A DNA stretch of 64,000 nt, from contig NC_068990.1 of assembly GCF_001194135.2 (NCBI RefSeq), forward strand, positions 12,733,598-12,797,597. Reading direction: 5' to 3'. Made by a program: the position numbers and the translations under genes. Below the pieces are notes generated by a model. The model saw nothing but the letters and a program-made list of their open reading frames with translations. It searched no databases and was not told the origin of the DNA. Source of the DNA: Octopus bimaculoides (Eukaryota). Below are positions 24,600 to 37,345 of this stretch, piece by piece; the first letter of the stretch is position 1, and every line of letters starts with the position of its first letter.

Positions 24600-25420
24600 T
24601 TTGGTCAGATTATCTTTAAGTAAAAGTCTCTCTAGCATATTGCACTGTACTAGTCAGTAAGTCAAGTCATCATTAAAGCAACTGTTCTATAACATATAAC
24701 ACTGTATGTAGTAGATCTGTCTAATCATCTTTAAGGAATCTATTCTGACATAAAGCATGATCTTAAATAGGTAGGCCAACTCATCTTTGAGCCAACTGTT
24801 CTGACATATTATATGTAGTAAGTAGGTCAACCCATCTTTGACCCAACTGTTCTGACATAGTGTTGTCTTTGGTAGTTAGGTCAAGTCATATTTGAGCCAG
24901 CTATTCTGATGTATAGTTTTATCTTTAGCAGATAGGTCAAACCATCTTTGAGCCAACTGTTCTGACATATTTAGTAGATAGGTAGGTCAACTCATTTTTT
25001 GAGCCAACTATTCTGACATATAGTATTATCTTTAATAGGTAGGTCAAGCCATATTTCAGTCAGCTATTCTGATGTTTAGTTTTATCTTTAGTAGATAGGT
25101 CAAACCATCTTTGAGCCAATTCTCCTGACATATAGTTATAGGTTGGTCAAGTCATATTTGACCCAACTATTCTGGCATATATATTATCATTAGTAGGTAG
25201 GTCAAACCATCTTTGAATAAGCTATTTTGTAAGATATAGCACTGCATGTAGTATGTACTTCAAATATTCTTTGAAGAAACTATTCCATAACATATACTGT
25301 ATAGAGATCTATTAATCTTTGAATAAAGTAATCTGTAGCACAAAGCAGCGTATGTAGCAGGCAAATCCAAGTCAGCTTTAAACCCACTGTTCCATATCAT
25401 AAAGCATTGAATATAGTAGG
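24600..25420. repeat. Minisatellite, ~47-57 bp unit, ~9 conserved plus several degenerate flanking units
   Basis: The anchor gg(t/c)caa occurs at 24774, 24825, 24879, 24935, 24985, 25042, 25098, 25145 and 25200. Core sequence: aggtcaa.ccatctttgagccaactgttctgacata. Confidence 0.9.
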
Positions 25421-25799
25421 CAATCAATTGCTTAGTACCAGAGCATTACAATTGCAATCAATATAAATTGAGCACCAGTTCAGACAGTGTTAACTACATG
25501 GTAATTGCATTTCTGAAATCAAAACACACTACAGTTGATTTAGCCTTAAATACTTATACCATGTGGGATGTATATATTACTAAATATTAGACATTGCTGA
25601 ACATGTTTATGGGAAACCACATTGTAATCAAGTATGACCCAGCCAGACAATTAGAGCTGAACAAATCTACCCAGCAAAGTCTACTTTCTGTTTTCATTCG
25701 TTTCCAAACATACTCAGCATGTATTTTATGAATCCCCATGGCAGAAATTCCCAATTAATTGACCTCTCCATGGTTTGAAATGAAACCTCAGATTTTCCT

Positions 25800-26445
25800 A
25801 TTTTCCTTTGTCTTTTGCTTGGTTCAGTCATTAAACTGCGTCCATACTGGAGCACCATCTTGAAGTGTTTATTCAAGCAGATCCCATCCCCACCCCCAGT
25901 ATATATTTTCTTTAAGTCTGGATCTTACTGTATCAGTTTGCTTAGCTGAACTGCTAATTTATGGGATCATATACAAACCAACATTGGTTGTCAAATATTG
26001 AAGGACAAACACATACACATACACGAATACATGCATGCACACATACAACACACTCTAGAGGCTTCCACAGTTTCCATCTCCCAAATTCACTCGCATCCCT
26101 TTAGATGAAATGAGAGCTATACTTTTCTACTCTAGGCGCAAGGCCCAAAATTTTGGAGGAGGAGGCCAGTCGATTAGATCAACCTCAGTATGCAACTGGT
26201 ACTTAATTCATCGACCCTGAAAGGATGAGAGGCAAAGTCGACCTCAGCAGAATTTGAACTCAGAATGTAAAGTCAGACGTAATACTGCTAAGCATTTCGC
26301 CCGGCGTGCTAATGTTTCTGCCAATGTGTCACCTTATAATATGACATGAGAGCTATAGTAAAAGACACTTACCCAAAGTGTTGCACAGTGAGTGGGAATC
26401 TGAAACTGTGTGATGCAAAATGAGCTCCTTGACCACAAAACCTTC
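25800..26445 (-). mobile_element. SINE family A, interrupted by a family F SINE
   Basis: The A tail and body (25800-26121) and the A head (26341-26445) are separated by the F copy. Confidence 0.75.
26122..26340 (-). mobile_element. SINE family F, full length with a 17 bp TSD
   Basis: Flanked by atgaaatgagagctata (26105-26121) and atgacatgagagctata (26341-26357), 16/17 identical. tRNA-like head ggcagaaacattagcacgccgggcg..ttctgagttcaaattc on the minus strand. Confidence 0.88.
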
Positions 26446-26797
26446 AATGGTCAATTTACACAACAGTCAAGACATTTATTCATCACTTTATAATTTGGTT
26501 TTCTGATTACAAGTTTCAAATTTGGATTTAAATTTGTACTTATGGATATTGTACCTGTGTTTATTATGTTGTAATGGCTTTTTGATATAGAATATTTTCT
26601 TTCATTTTCTTATTTACATTTTTTTTTATATTTTGGGGATGGAGTTTTCATAAAAGCTAGTTTTATATTGTTTTCAAAATGTTCTCAGAAAGGAAATTGA
26701 GGTGAGAAGAATATGGTTCATGAAGTTTATATTGAATTACAATTTTCTGTTATAAAGTATTTCCAGTTAGTTAAATGAAGTGCAGTACGTACATACG

Positions 26798-26831
<34 letters not shown>

Positions 26832-27188
26832 TGTATGTATGTATGTATGTATATGTGTGTTTCTTTGCTTTCATTGTGTATCAGTAGTGTTCAGCAGTAA
26901 AGGTTCTATAATAACCACTGCATATATATATATATATATATATATATAAATGTGGTGTGTGTGTGTGTTCCATTCTTTGCTACTTCAAACATCATATAAT
27001 AGAATTATATCCAGTCACAAAATTCTGAAATTTTCCCAGCATGGAAGGATTTTGGGAGAGAAATTTCAGTTTCCACTTATAAAAACCTAATGAGCAACTT
27101 TGTACAAATTGGAACTGAATTACATCTTTCAATTCCAAAACATTATTTCTTGTCCAAAGAAACTATTGTTTTTAACTGTATTATTTTC

Positions 27189-27228
<40 letters not shown>

Positions 27229-27659
27229 GTATACGTATATACATGTTGATGTATGGTTGTTGAAGTGAGAACCATTGTGGCGTGATGCCTAAGATTTTCG
27301 ACTACTGAATTAAATTAGTTGAATCAGCTCATTGAGAGCTATTTAATTTTAGCTTGAAAACCTTGCTAAAAATAAAAATTTTCTTAATTGGCGGTTGTGG
27401 ATTTGGCATTGAGATTAGTATTCGTTTGTAAAATATCCACTAGTAACATATACATATGTTAAAGCTACGGAACTATTCAACCCATGCCAGCCATAATTTT
27501 ATCATGGCTTGATTAAGGAGTAAAATAATGTCTGTTACAGCTTCTGGGTATACGTCAATGAAGAGGAAATCTTTGAAAAGATGGCTCTGGCTTTAACTTC
27601 TTTGAGTTTAAATGTAACCTACATATTTTTTCTGTTAAAGTATTTCATTTTTAATGTTT

Positions 27660-27985
27660 GGCACATGACTCAGTGGTTAGAGTGTTGGGCTCACAATCAT
27701 GAGAAATTGAATTCAATTCCCGGACCAGACTGTGTGTTGTGCTCTTGAGCAAGACACTTCATCTCTCATTGCTCAAGTTCACTCAGCTGTAGAAACGAGT
27801 TGCAACGTCACTGGTGCCAACGTCACCTTTGACCTTCTCTAGGATAACATCGGTGGCATGGAGAGGGGAGCCTGGTATGCATGGGCAACTGCTGGTCTTC
27901 CATAAACAGCCTTGTCCAGACTTGTGCCTCGGAGGGCAACTTTCTAGGTGTAATTCCATGATCATTCATGACCGAAGGGGCTCCT
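27660..27985 (+). mobile_element. SINE family D, full length with an alternative tail
   Basis: A box tgactcagtgg and B-box-like aattcaattcc. CORE/Meta-like body cttgagcaagacacttcat..gttcactcagctg. The tail (cttgtgcctcggagggcaactttctaggtg..catgaccgaagggg) is also seen reverse-complemented at ~43990-44080. Confidence 0.8.
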
Positions 27986-28394
27986 TAGCTTTACTGAGCA
28001 ACTCCTTTCGCAAAATATTTGAAAGGAAATATTGTAAACAACTTACTGAATTAAATTCTTATATTTTCTTGCTATAGGAAAGACATGTAGCCTAGTGGTT
28101 AGGGGGCTGGGCAGAAGATCATAAGTCAGGGGTTCAATTCCCCAGCAGGGTGATGTATTTTGTCCAAATGCAAGGCACTTCATTTCAGATTGTTCCAGCC
28201 TTTCTTCTTTTTACTTGGCAGAAAATGACTATCAGCCAACTACTGGTGCTGCTCTCTCTCTCTCTCATTTTGTTCGTCGCTCTCTCTGTCTTTCTCTCTC
28301 TTTCTGTCTTTCTATTTGTCTCCTTATGTCTGTCTGTCTGTCTTTATTTGTTTCGCTGTCTGTCTTTTCTTTGTTTGTCTTTCTCATCTCTTTC

Positions 28395-28473
<79 letters not shown>

Positions 28474-28729
28474 CTCTGTCTGTCTTATTATTTGTCCCTG
28501 TATGTCTGCTCCCCACCCCTCTCCCTTTTCCTTACTTGATGTTCCACTACTGGGTCGAGGGTGAGAGAATTATTGAAAGGGTGTCCCTGTCTGCTTGCAA
28601 TTGCCCAGATACCAAAAACAACTAACAAAAGTAAAGTACAAGCCATCAGAGTACACTCTTTTACAACTGACGCCTGTACTTAAATTTTTTTTTTTAATTT
28701 CTGTTTGAAACATTAACATTGGTTATTTT

Positions 28730-28950
28730 TTCTTTTATTTATTTTACTGGTTTCAGTCATTGGACTGCAGTCATGCCGGGGCACTGCTCTGAAGGGTCTA
28801 GTCAAAATAACCAACTCCAGGACTTATTTTTAAGTCTGGTACCTATTCTATCAGTTTCTTTTGCTGAACTGCTAGGTTGCAGGGATTTGAATCAACCAAC
28901 ACCAGTTGCCAAGTAGTAGTAGGAGACAGACACAAAAGCACACACACTAA
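28730..28950 (-). mobile_element. SINE family A, 3' half
   Basis: ttttactggtttcagtcattggactgcagtcatgccggggcac..ccaggacttatt..ttttgctgaactgcta. Confidence 0.75.
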
Positions 28951-31900
28951 AACAAAAATTTTGCTTTTTTCATATCATTTGAAACTTGAATTCTTTTGGT
29001 ATTTCAAAATTAAAATCTTGTGCCTTCTACCATCGGTTACTAGACCGAAAGCTTTTACCTTTCAAACCCTCTCACTTCTTATTTACCATACGGTCTTTTG
29101 TAAGGCATGGTGCTTTATTTGCCTAATTCAAACTCAGTGGAAGGGGAACAAACTGATTCTGCTTCATAATTTTAGCAGATTAAATTAATTAAATTCATTG
29201 CAGATTCAAATTACCAAATTCTTAACAAATTATCAAATTTAAATAAGGAATTTCTTAGAAGATTCAATTAATTGTTTCTAATTTATGCAAATATCTAAAT
29301 TTGCAAAGCTTTCAAAACTGTGTGAAATGGATATAGAAGACACTGATAGAGTATTTTAAATTTGATTACATGTTTTTTGGTTGTTATATAAGACAATGAC
29401 AAACTTGGATATTTTATCTTAGAAGATGCAATAAAAATGTTTTATTTTTTAGTTTTTGGAGGTTTTTCTTGTTTTGTTTTTGCGTATTTATATAATTCTC
29501 AACAATTACTTTCAATGAATGATCTCTTGTACATTTCTATAGGCCTTCTTGAAATGCTAATAAGTACTCTTGGAAAAGAAAATTTTAAGCATTAGGTTGT
29601 GAAGTACACTAAAAAAATCTTGTCAGTCACAGATATTGCATTCAGTTACTCTCAAAATGATGTATGTTCTAAAATTTTGCAAATATACATATAGATACAT
29701 ATATGCTCACACACATACATATATGTCTGTATGTGTGCGAATATAAAACAAAAACATATATTGATTTGTTTAAATATAACTGTTTAGTATAAGAGAAACT
29801 GACTTTTATGGCTTTACTCTCCAATTACCAGTATGATTTATTGCATTATTAAAACCACTTCTCCACAAAATTCAAGCCATACTGTGTGCAATCATCATTG
29901 TAGCAATAAAAGAAATTTATCATTTGACAAAACAGGGACTGGGAGGAAGATTAAAAACGAAAACAAAGACAGAAATAAAATACAAAAATATAGAAAATAA
30001 CTATGCCTGTACATGATTTGAAAACAATGTTTTAATAGCAATACACTGTTTACATTTTATATTTTGACCTGCTCATTGTATTCGTTTAGCGTCGGACTAA
30101 TACTGAATTTATAATATTCCAGAGTTTCTAACCTTATTTTCTGAATTTATTAATAATTCAGAACCCATTCCACTACGAAGATTTAGTTATATTCTTTAAA
30201 TTTATATCAATGCTTTAGCCTGGAAACAATTATAGAGGAACATTTGCTGTGTTATATAGAAATTTCTGCAAGAATTATTCCACCTATTCCAGCTTATTCC
30301 ATGATAGGTCATGAAATTTTCATCTTCCTTATTACATAAAAGAAGAAAATACAATGAAGCTAGTTTTTTCTTTTGTTTTGTTTTTTCAAGCTGTGGGTTA
30401 CTTTTGTTTATTTTATCAAGGTTTTTAGTAAATTCAGGGATAGTTTTTCTATTAGACATCATACATATTACATCTATTTTGGCATCCATCTTTCTGATGC
30501 TGTCATGGGTTGGAAGAGACTTACTGAAGTAATACTCTATGTACAAATGCCCTTCTTGATGCATACTTTATTTTCAAGTAAATCTTTGAAGTGATGTCAA
30601 GATGTATACCTTTAAATGTGAATACACCTTAGTTAAGTAATGTTGTTGTTGTTGTTCTTGTTTAATCTCAGGCCAGCTTTTATCAAGCAAACTTAAAATC
30701 AAAAGCATTCCAGCCATGATCACCCCATCTTGTTTCAGATTAATTGTATCAAGAGCCATATTGTCCAATGTAATTTTTAATGACATTAGAGCTTAATGTG
30801 AAGGATATTTAGCTGCTGTTTCTAGCAGATTATGTGACCACTTTAAGACTTCCTCTTTGTCTTAAGTTCCATAATGTGGATTGCGAAGGTATGAATATGA
30901 ACAGCAGGAACTATTTACCCAGCTAACTATAGAAACTACTGTTAATATTTCCTTGATAAGATATTAATATTAAGGTGCCAAATTTCTTCCTCCTGAGCAG
31001 TTCACAATGGTTCTCTTTGCTGTTTGGCTTCTTATCTAAATTGCTGCAGGTGACAAACACATTTATACCTAATATAATAATGTTGTCTTGAAAAATAATC
31101 ATGAAATTCTTTTCCCACAGTTTAATAGAATATAGCTAATTATTGATAACTTATTGAAAATATCTTGTGTAAATGTTACACTTCAGCTTGAACTCAAAAT
31201 ACAAATCAGATACTCACTTCTTTTTTGTTATATAAGTTTTTAGTATAGCATATCTTACAAAATAAATACTGGTTCAAAACTTAGGTTGTTAAATTTATTA
31301 TATCTATGTTTTAAATATAACTTATAGTAATATCTTTTACTGAAGGTTTCTTTTCTCTTATTACAGTTTGGAACAAAAGGTTCAGACCATAAACCACCAT
31401 TTTAGATGTTTTATAGTATAAACTGTGTCCATCGTATTTATAAGTTCAAATTTGGCCAAGAAGATATTTTTGTCTTGGCTTAATTTTAGGCTTGACAATA
31501 TATGTCAGTAAAATATGGCCATTGATTCAATCATCTCTGTCCTTCCTACTGTTTCGAAAAGATCTTTGTGCTTAGTCAGAATGTTTATATGCATCAATAT
31601 GTAAAACTTCTTGACTATAAAATCAAGCATAAAACTATAGAGAGATACACACATGTGCACACACGTACACACACACACACACACACGCATGCACACACAT
31701 GCATGCACACACACACACACATTTCCATGCAGACACACACACTCACACACACATACACACTCAATCAATGAAACAATAAATTCACTGACACTTTATATGT
31801 ATAATCATAATTTCAATTATTTGTTTGTATAACTCTGTGTGAGTGTGTGCTGTCTCTCCCTGTCTGTCTGTCTCTCGCTCTCCTCTCTCTATATATATGC

Positions 31901-32679
31901 GGGTGTGTGCGTGTGTGTGTGCGTGTGTGTGTGCGTGTGTGTGGGTGAGTGTATACACACACACACAATCACAGATGTATGTAAGCATATAAGTATACAC
32001 ATGCATGATTTCATACTCTGAGATTTATACACGCTTTAGTTTTACTTATTTTCTCTAAGAACGGATTAAAATTTAATGTATTAGATATTAAAAATTTAAT
32101 CTGAAATATCTCAAAATCTGAACATGTACAAAAGAAACAAAACAAAATAAAGGACAAAATGTAAAAGCACAAAGGAAAACATAGCCAGAAATGAATTTAA
32201 AAGAAAATTTAACAGCATATTTTGCTTGACTGTAAAGATTTCAAATGTTCATGCATAACAGTTGAAGTTTTATATATGTTTAAATCATCTGCATAAATAA
32301 ATTTACATATTCTAATCTCTGCAAGTATGAATATACAGTAAACATGGCATAAAATAAGTAAACATAATACAGAATATAAGTAAAATTCTTACAAGTAGGA
32401 TTAAATTGTGATTGGCAATTTTTGTTTATTTTGTTGAGCTTACATTATAAAATATATGCTGAGCACCTAATCTGCTTGGAAAACATAGTAAATAGGAAGG
32501 TTCTCTCTTTGACATATAATGGTAATTTTAATGCCAATTTTAATAGCAGTTGTATCCTACTACATTAACATTGTGAAATAGCAAAGCTTTAATGAATAAT
32601 GGCTTTACAATTTTGTCTTGTGGATAAGCTTGTTGTTTTTTAGTGCCAGGTCAGCTTGTAAAATCGCAAAGGTCTAATG

Positions 32680-33060
32680 CAATGTTTCCTAACCTATTTT
32701 CCCCCAGGACCCATTATAAATTTCCAGTAAAAAAAAGTATGCCCCTCCGGTGGAATATATAAAAAGATTAATAATTTATGAACTTCACATAATTATATAC
32801 TTTCCTTAAAGAAATATCTACATTAGGCCATTAGAGTAGCACTATATTTTATCAAGCAAACTTCACACATTATACATGGCCGGAGGGATTGGTTTGACTA
32901 GGTTGAGTATAGGTGTAATATGTTTGCTGTGAAAAAACAGATTTTCACAATTCCATGTCCCACTAAAAAAAAAAAAAGAAAACAATTTTGGATCCTTAAC
33001 CTCACCACAATTTTTCCAACCTCACCAGTGATGTGTAATGCTCCACATCAAGAATCACTG
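32680..33060. mobile_element. hAT/Charlie-type MITE, copy 1
   Basis: Termini caatgtttcctaacc and aagaatcactg. The 8 bp flanks gtctaatg and cactaatg are 6/8 identical. Homologous throughout to 42006-42367. Confidence 0.8.
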
Positions 33061-33648
33061 CACTAATGCCTAATGGCTGTTCAGTTTATTTCTTGTAGCT
33101 TGGCTGTTGTTATTTTTGTTGTTTATTTAGCACTAGGTCAGCTGTGACTGAAAAATCCATTGATTAGACTATCAAGTAATCACCATCTTGGTACTAGTCT
33201 TTTTCAGGATTAGTTTTCAAACAAACAAATGCACCAAAATATTAGCGAAATTTTTGAAGGTGACTACATCTTGAAAACAAAAGAGTTTGCATCCATCCAT
33301 ATAATTCATTTTCCTACACTATGGAACATTCACAAATGTTTAAAATATTCCTCATTTCATTCATCATAGCAACTTCTTTGTCTCCAATTTCAATCCTTAC
33401 AAAATATTACCTCTCCATAGTATCTGACTCTTGCCAATGAGAAATACTTATTTAGATACGTTATCTAATATGTTCTACTTTTTTTAAGTGGATAGCATAG
33501 ATTTTTCAGGGGCTTTGGCTGCTCTTACCCGTACCTGAAGCAACCATATGGAGGCTGTTTGACTGGCTTTTATAGAGAGTACTTTATTGGATTTTGTCAT
33601 TTAAGAACAAGAAATGATAAGCTAAAGTAGTCACAGTCATGTTTCTCT

Positions 33649-34093
33649 CTATCATATTGGTTTCAAATTTTGCCACAAGGGCAGCAATTTCAGGGGATGG
33701 GCAAGTCAATTACATTGACCCCAGTGCTCAAATGACACTTACTTTATCAACCCCGAAAGGATTAAAAGCAAAGTCAGCCTCAGCAAGATTTGAACTCAGA
33801 GGTAGGATGAAATGCCATTAAGCAGTTTGTCCTGCATGCTAACTAACCTACCAGGTAGCCACTTTATTTATCCCAATCATATTGGTTTCAAATTTTAGCA
33901 CAAGGTCAGCAATTTTAGGGAAGGGTTAAGTTGATTACATCAACCCTGGAACTCAACTGGTATTTAATTTATCAATTCTGACAGGATGAAAGGCAAAGTC
34001 AACCTCGGCAGAATTTGAACTCAGAACACAGAGATGAACAAACTGCTGTAAGCATTTTGCTCAGTGTGCTAATGATTCTGCCAATTCGCAGCC
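33649..34093 (-). mobile_element. Two tandem family F SINEs (33649-33861, 33875-34093)
   Basis: Each has atcatattggtttcaaatttt..cacaagg..ggat.aaa.gcaaagtca.cct..gca.atttgaactcaga. A further copy is at 43751-43966. Confidence 0.85.
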
Positions 34094-34935
34094 TTAATTT
34101 CTCCTAATCATATTAACAACAAAGGTGTTTAAGCAGGAATTGAAACAGCATTTTTAACTGCTTTTGCTAAGAACTTATCTCATGCTCTTACATAGCTTAC
34201 TTTCCTTCCATGTAGCAATATAAGTTTCTTCATTAATACTTTCACTTTCACCCTACATGAGGTTACCACCTCTTGTCTGACATTACAACACTGTTCATTT
34301 TGAAGTGTTCTTATTCAAGTTAAAACCTTCTAACATAATTTTATGTAGGAACCTGCTTTTTCTTTTGTATTAAGTCACGTTTCAAATAACAGCTTAATAA
34401 TGAAACAAATAAATTATTTTATTAAATCCCTCCAAGATTTCGTTGTTGTTATTTTCAAAATTAATTGAAATATATGAACATAGCATACTTTATGAGAAAT
34501 GTTATCAAGAGAGAGTTAAGCATGACGCTAGTTTTCTAGTATAGAGACGTTGTCAATTGAATAGTTGCCTTGATCACTGCAGAATGTTATTGAAATGTAT
34601 AATAAAGCACAGGTTGTATCCTAGAGGAATTTGAACACAGAACTTAAAAAAAGAAACCAAGACCAACAAATAAACAAAGACCAGCAACCAATCGTTAGTA
34701 GCAACACATCTACAGCGTCTTATAGATCAAAATCATTGTCACTATTTGTACATTCCGTCACTCACTCACCCTACAAAATGATGATAACAATAACAGCAAT
34801 AATAATAATAATAATAATAATAAAAATTATAGATTATTTTAATTAGAACAATAAATCTAATCAAATGTCTAAAACATTATGCAAGAACAAAGTGAAATAA
34901 GTGTAAGGCACACAAAAGCACTCACAATGACATAT

Positions 34936-35011
<76 letters not shown>

Positions 35012-35019
35012 TCTCTCTC

Positions 35020-35052
<33 letters not shown>

Positions 35053-35609
35053 CTCCTTTTCTCTCTCTGTGTCTCTCTCACCCATCCACACACACACACG
35101 CACAAACACACAGCGGATAGAGTCAATTCTAGTGGTTGTTATCAAAATAAAGCATCACAAGCATTATTAACATTCATGATAAACTCCCATCACTCGTCTG
35201 CCAGGAAAACAAATTAGAAAATTTCTCACCATGAATAGCATTAAGAAAAGTTTCAATATGAATAACAATAGGGGAAAACTACAACTGCAACAGGAGGGTC
35301 TATAATTTATTCCTTTTCATGAATAAATTCATAAATTCACATTGATATTTCTTATCTGTTCTAATTATTATTATTGTTATTGTTGTTGTTGTTGTTTGTT
35401 TTGGGGATATTTTTATTGTTGTTGTTGTTATTGTTGTTGTTGCAGGGAGTAAGTTTAGTTTTAATAAATGTTAGGAATTGAAGATGTTAATTATGGAATT
35501 TGCCAACAATATAATGTATTTAAGGATTTGCTTTTGATCAGAAGTACTCACTCACACACATATGTGTGCATATGTGTGTATATGTGTGTGTATGTATGTA
35601 TGTATGTAT

Positions 35610-35897
35610 GGAAAACAAACCTCATCCAGCTATTCTGATTATATGTCTGTGCACACGTTTGAATGTGGTGTGTGCCAGAGGGTTTGCAAATCCAATGGGG
35701 GTCTTAAAAGACATGTTAGGATCCACAATGAGCAGAACTTACTTGCAGGTATTGGTAGTGCAAATCAGAGGTGCAATCTGTGTGGGTGTTTTTTCAAAAC
35801 ACTGTCTGGTTTAAAAAGCCACATCAGACGCCATGAAAGGGCTAAGGTGTAGGTGCAGGAGGTGGTCAAACTCTGTTTAAGGAGTAGACAACCACCA
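35610..35897 (+). mobile_element. Probable 3' end of a LINE (RTE-like) ORF2 with two C2H2 fingers, short 3' UTR and (TATG)n tail
   Basis: FECGVCQRVCKSNGGLKRHVRIH and [21 protein letters not shown], stop at 35850-35852. No TGEKP linker. About 45 nt of UTR follow, then a TATG/TA tail. The upstream part of the ORF is microsatellite. Confidence 0.6.
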
Positions 35898-35998
35898 TAT
35901 GTATGTATATGTATGTATCTATATGTATGCATGTATGTATGTATGTATGTATCTGTATGTATGTATATGTATGTATCTATATGTATATATGCATATGC

Positions 35999-36058
<60 letters not shown>

Positions 36059-36477
36059 NNNNNNNNNNNNNNNNNNNNNNNNNNNNNNNNNNNNNNNNNN
36101 NNNNNNNNNNNNNNNNNNNNNNNNNNNNNNNNNNNNNNNNNNNNNNNNNNNNNNNNNNNNNNNNNNNNNNNNNNNNNNNNNNNNNNNNNNNNNNNNNNNN
36201 NNNNNNNNNNNNNNNNNNNNNNNNNNNNNNNNNNNNNNNNNNNNNNNNNNNNNNNNNNNNNNNNNNNNNNNNNNNNNNNNNNNNNNNNNNNNNNNNNNNN
36301 NNNNNNNNNNNNNNNNNNNNNNNNNNNNNNNNNNNNNNNNNNNNNNNNNNNNNNNNNNNNNNNNNNNNNNNNNNNNNNNNNNNNNNNNNNNNNNNNNNNN
36401 NNNNNNNNNNNNNNNNNNNNNNNNNNNNNNNNNNNNNNNNNNNNNNNNNNNNNNNNNNNNNNNNGAGAAAAAAAAAA

Positions 36478-36541
<64 letters not shown>

Positions 36542-37241
36542 CAGCATACCTACTTGCATATGCATACATGCACACATATACATACATTGTAGTATTTTAT
36601 TTTTTGTTGGGGGGAGGGCTTGTACCTAGAGTAGAAAAAGATTATTCTATTTATTTAATTTGACCTGAAGATGAATTCCATTGTTTTCTTCAACAATGTG
36701 CATGACTCCCTCAGTGCCAATATCTAAATAGGTATCAGATCCATTGATTTTTCTCTCTGCTTTGAATCATTCAAGTGGAAATGTTAAGTACATCCCAATT
36801 TTTTGTTCTTTTTTTATTCTTATGTATTTTCAAAAGACAGACTGAAATTTTATATNNNNNNNNNNNNNNNNNNNNNNNNNNNNNNNNNNNNNNNNNNNNN
36901 NNNNNNNNNNNNNNNNNNNNNNNNNNNNNNNNNNNNNNNNNNNNNNNNNNNNNNNNNNNNNNNNNNNNNNNNNNNNNNNNNNNNNNNNNNNNNNNNNNNN
37001 NNNNNNNNNNNNNNNNNNNNNNNNNNNNNNNNNNNNNNNNNNNNNNNNNNNNNNNNNNNNNNNNNNNNNNNNNNNNNNNNNNNNNNNNNNNNNNNNNNNN
37101 NNNNNNNNNNNNNNNNNNNNNNNNNNNNNNNNNNNNNNNNNNNNNNNNNNNNNNNNNNNNNNNNNNNNNNNNNNNNNNNNNNNNNNNNNNNNNNNNNNNN
37201 NNNNNNNNNNNNNNNNNNNNNNNNNNNNNNNNNNNNNNNNN

Positions 37242-37345
37242 GTTAATTGGATACGAATCATTTCATGGTTAAGCGAATTTGGACTGAAGATTGGAATAGT
37301 GAAATTTCATTCGCTTAACCATGAAACGATTCGTATCCAATTAAC
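37242..37345. repeat. Near-perfect inverted repeat (37 bp arms, 30 nt loop) abutting an N gap
   Basis: The arms 37242-37278 and 37309-37345 pair at 36/37 positions (mismatch A37260/C37327). Confidence 0.9.

Noticed and set aside
24600-25420. CRISPR-like array (constant core plus variable segment)
   Set aside because: The variable segments are homologous to each other, the cores are diverged, there are no cas genes and the context is eukaryotic. It is an ordinary minisatellite.
29028-29058. Hammerhead-like hairpin tcggt-tactag-accga followed by aagctt
   Set aside because: No CUGANGA upstream on either strand.
30202-30594. Overlapping ORFs on both strands as coding exons
   Set aside because: Low-complexity AT-rich translations with no motif and no consistent splice pair. 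Similar lone splice-like sites at ~21297, 31367, 38430, 42912 and 48580 were also unsupported.
31545-31590. Second hammerhead on the minus strand (ctgactaag..cgaaacagta)
   Set aside because: The invariant G8 is U, stem I does not pair and stem II is poor.
35224-35232. Minus-strand ATG|GTGAGA first coding exon
   Set aside because: A short motif of this kind is expected by chance, and no downstream exon chain was found.
35562-35852. Member of a canonical C2H2-ZNF gene cluster
   Set aside because: Only two fingers, no TGEKP linker, the N-terminus is microsatellite and a tail follows the stop. Kept as a probable LINE end.
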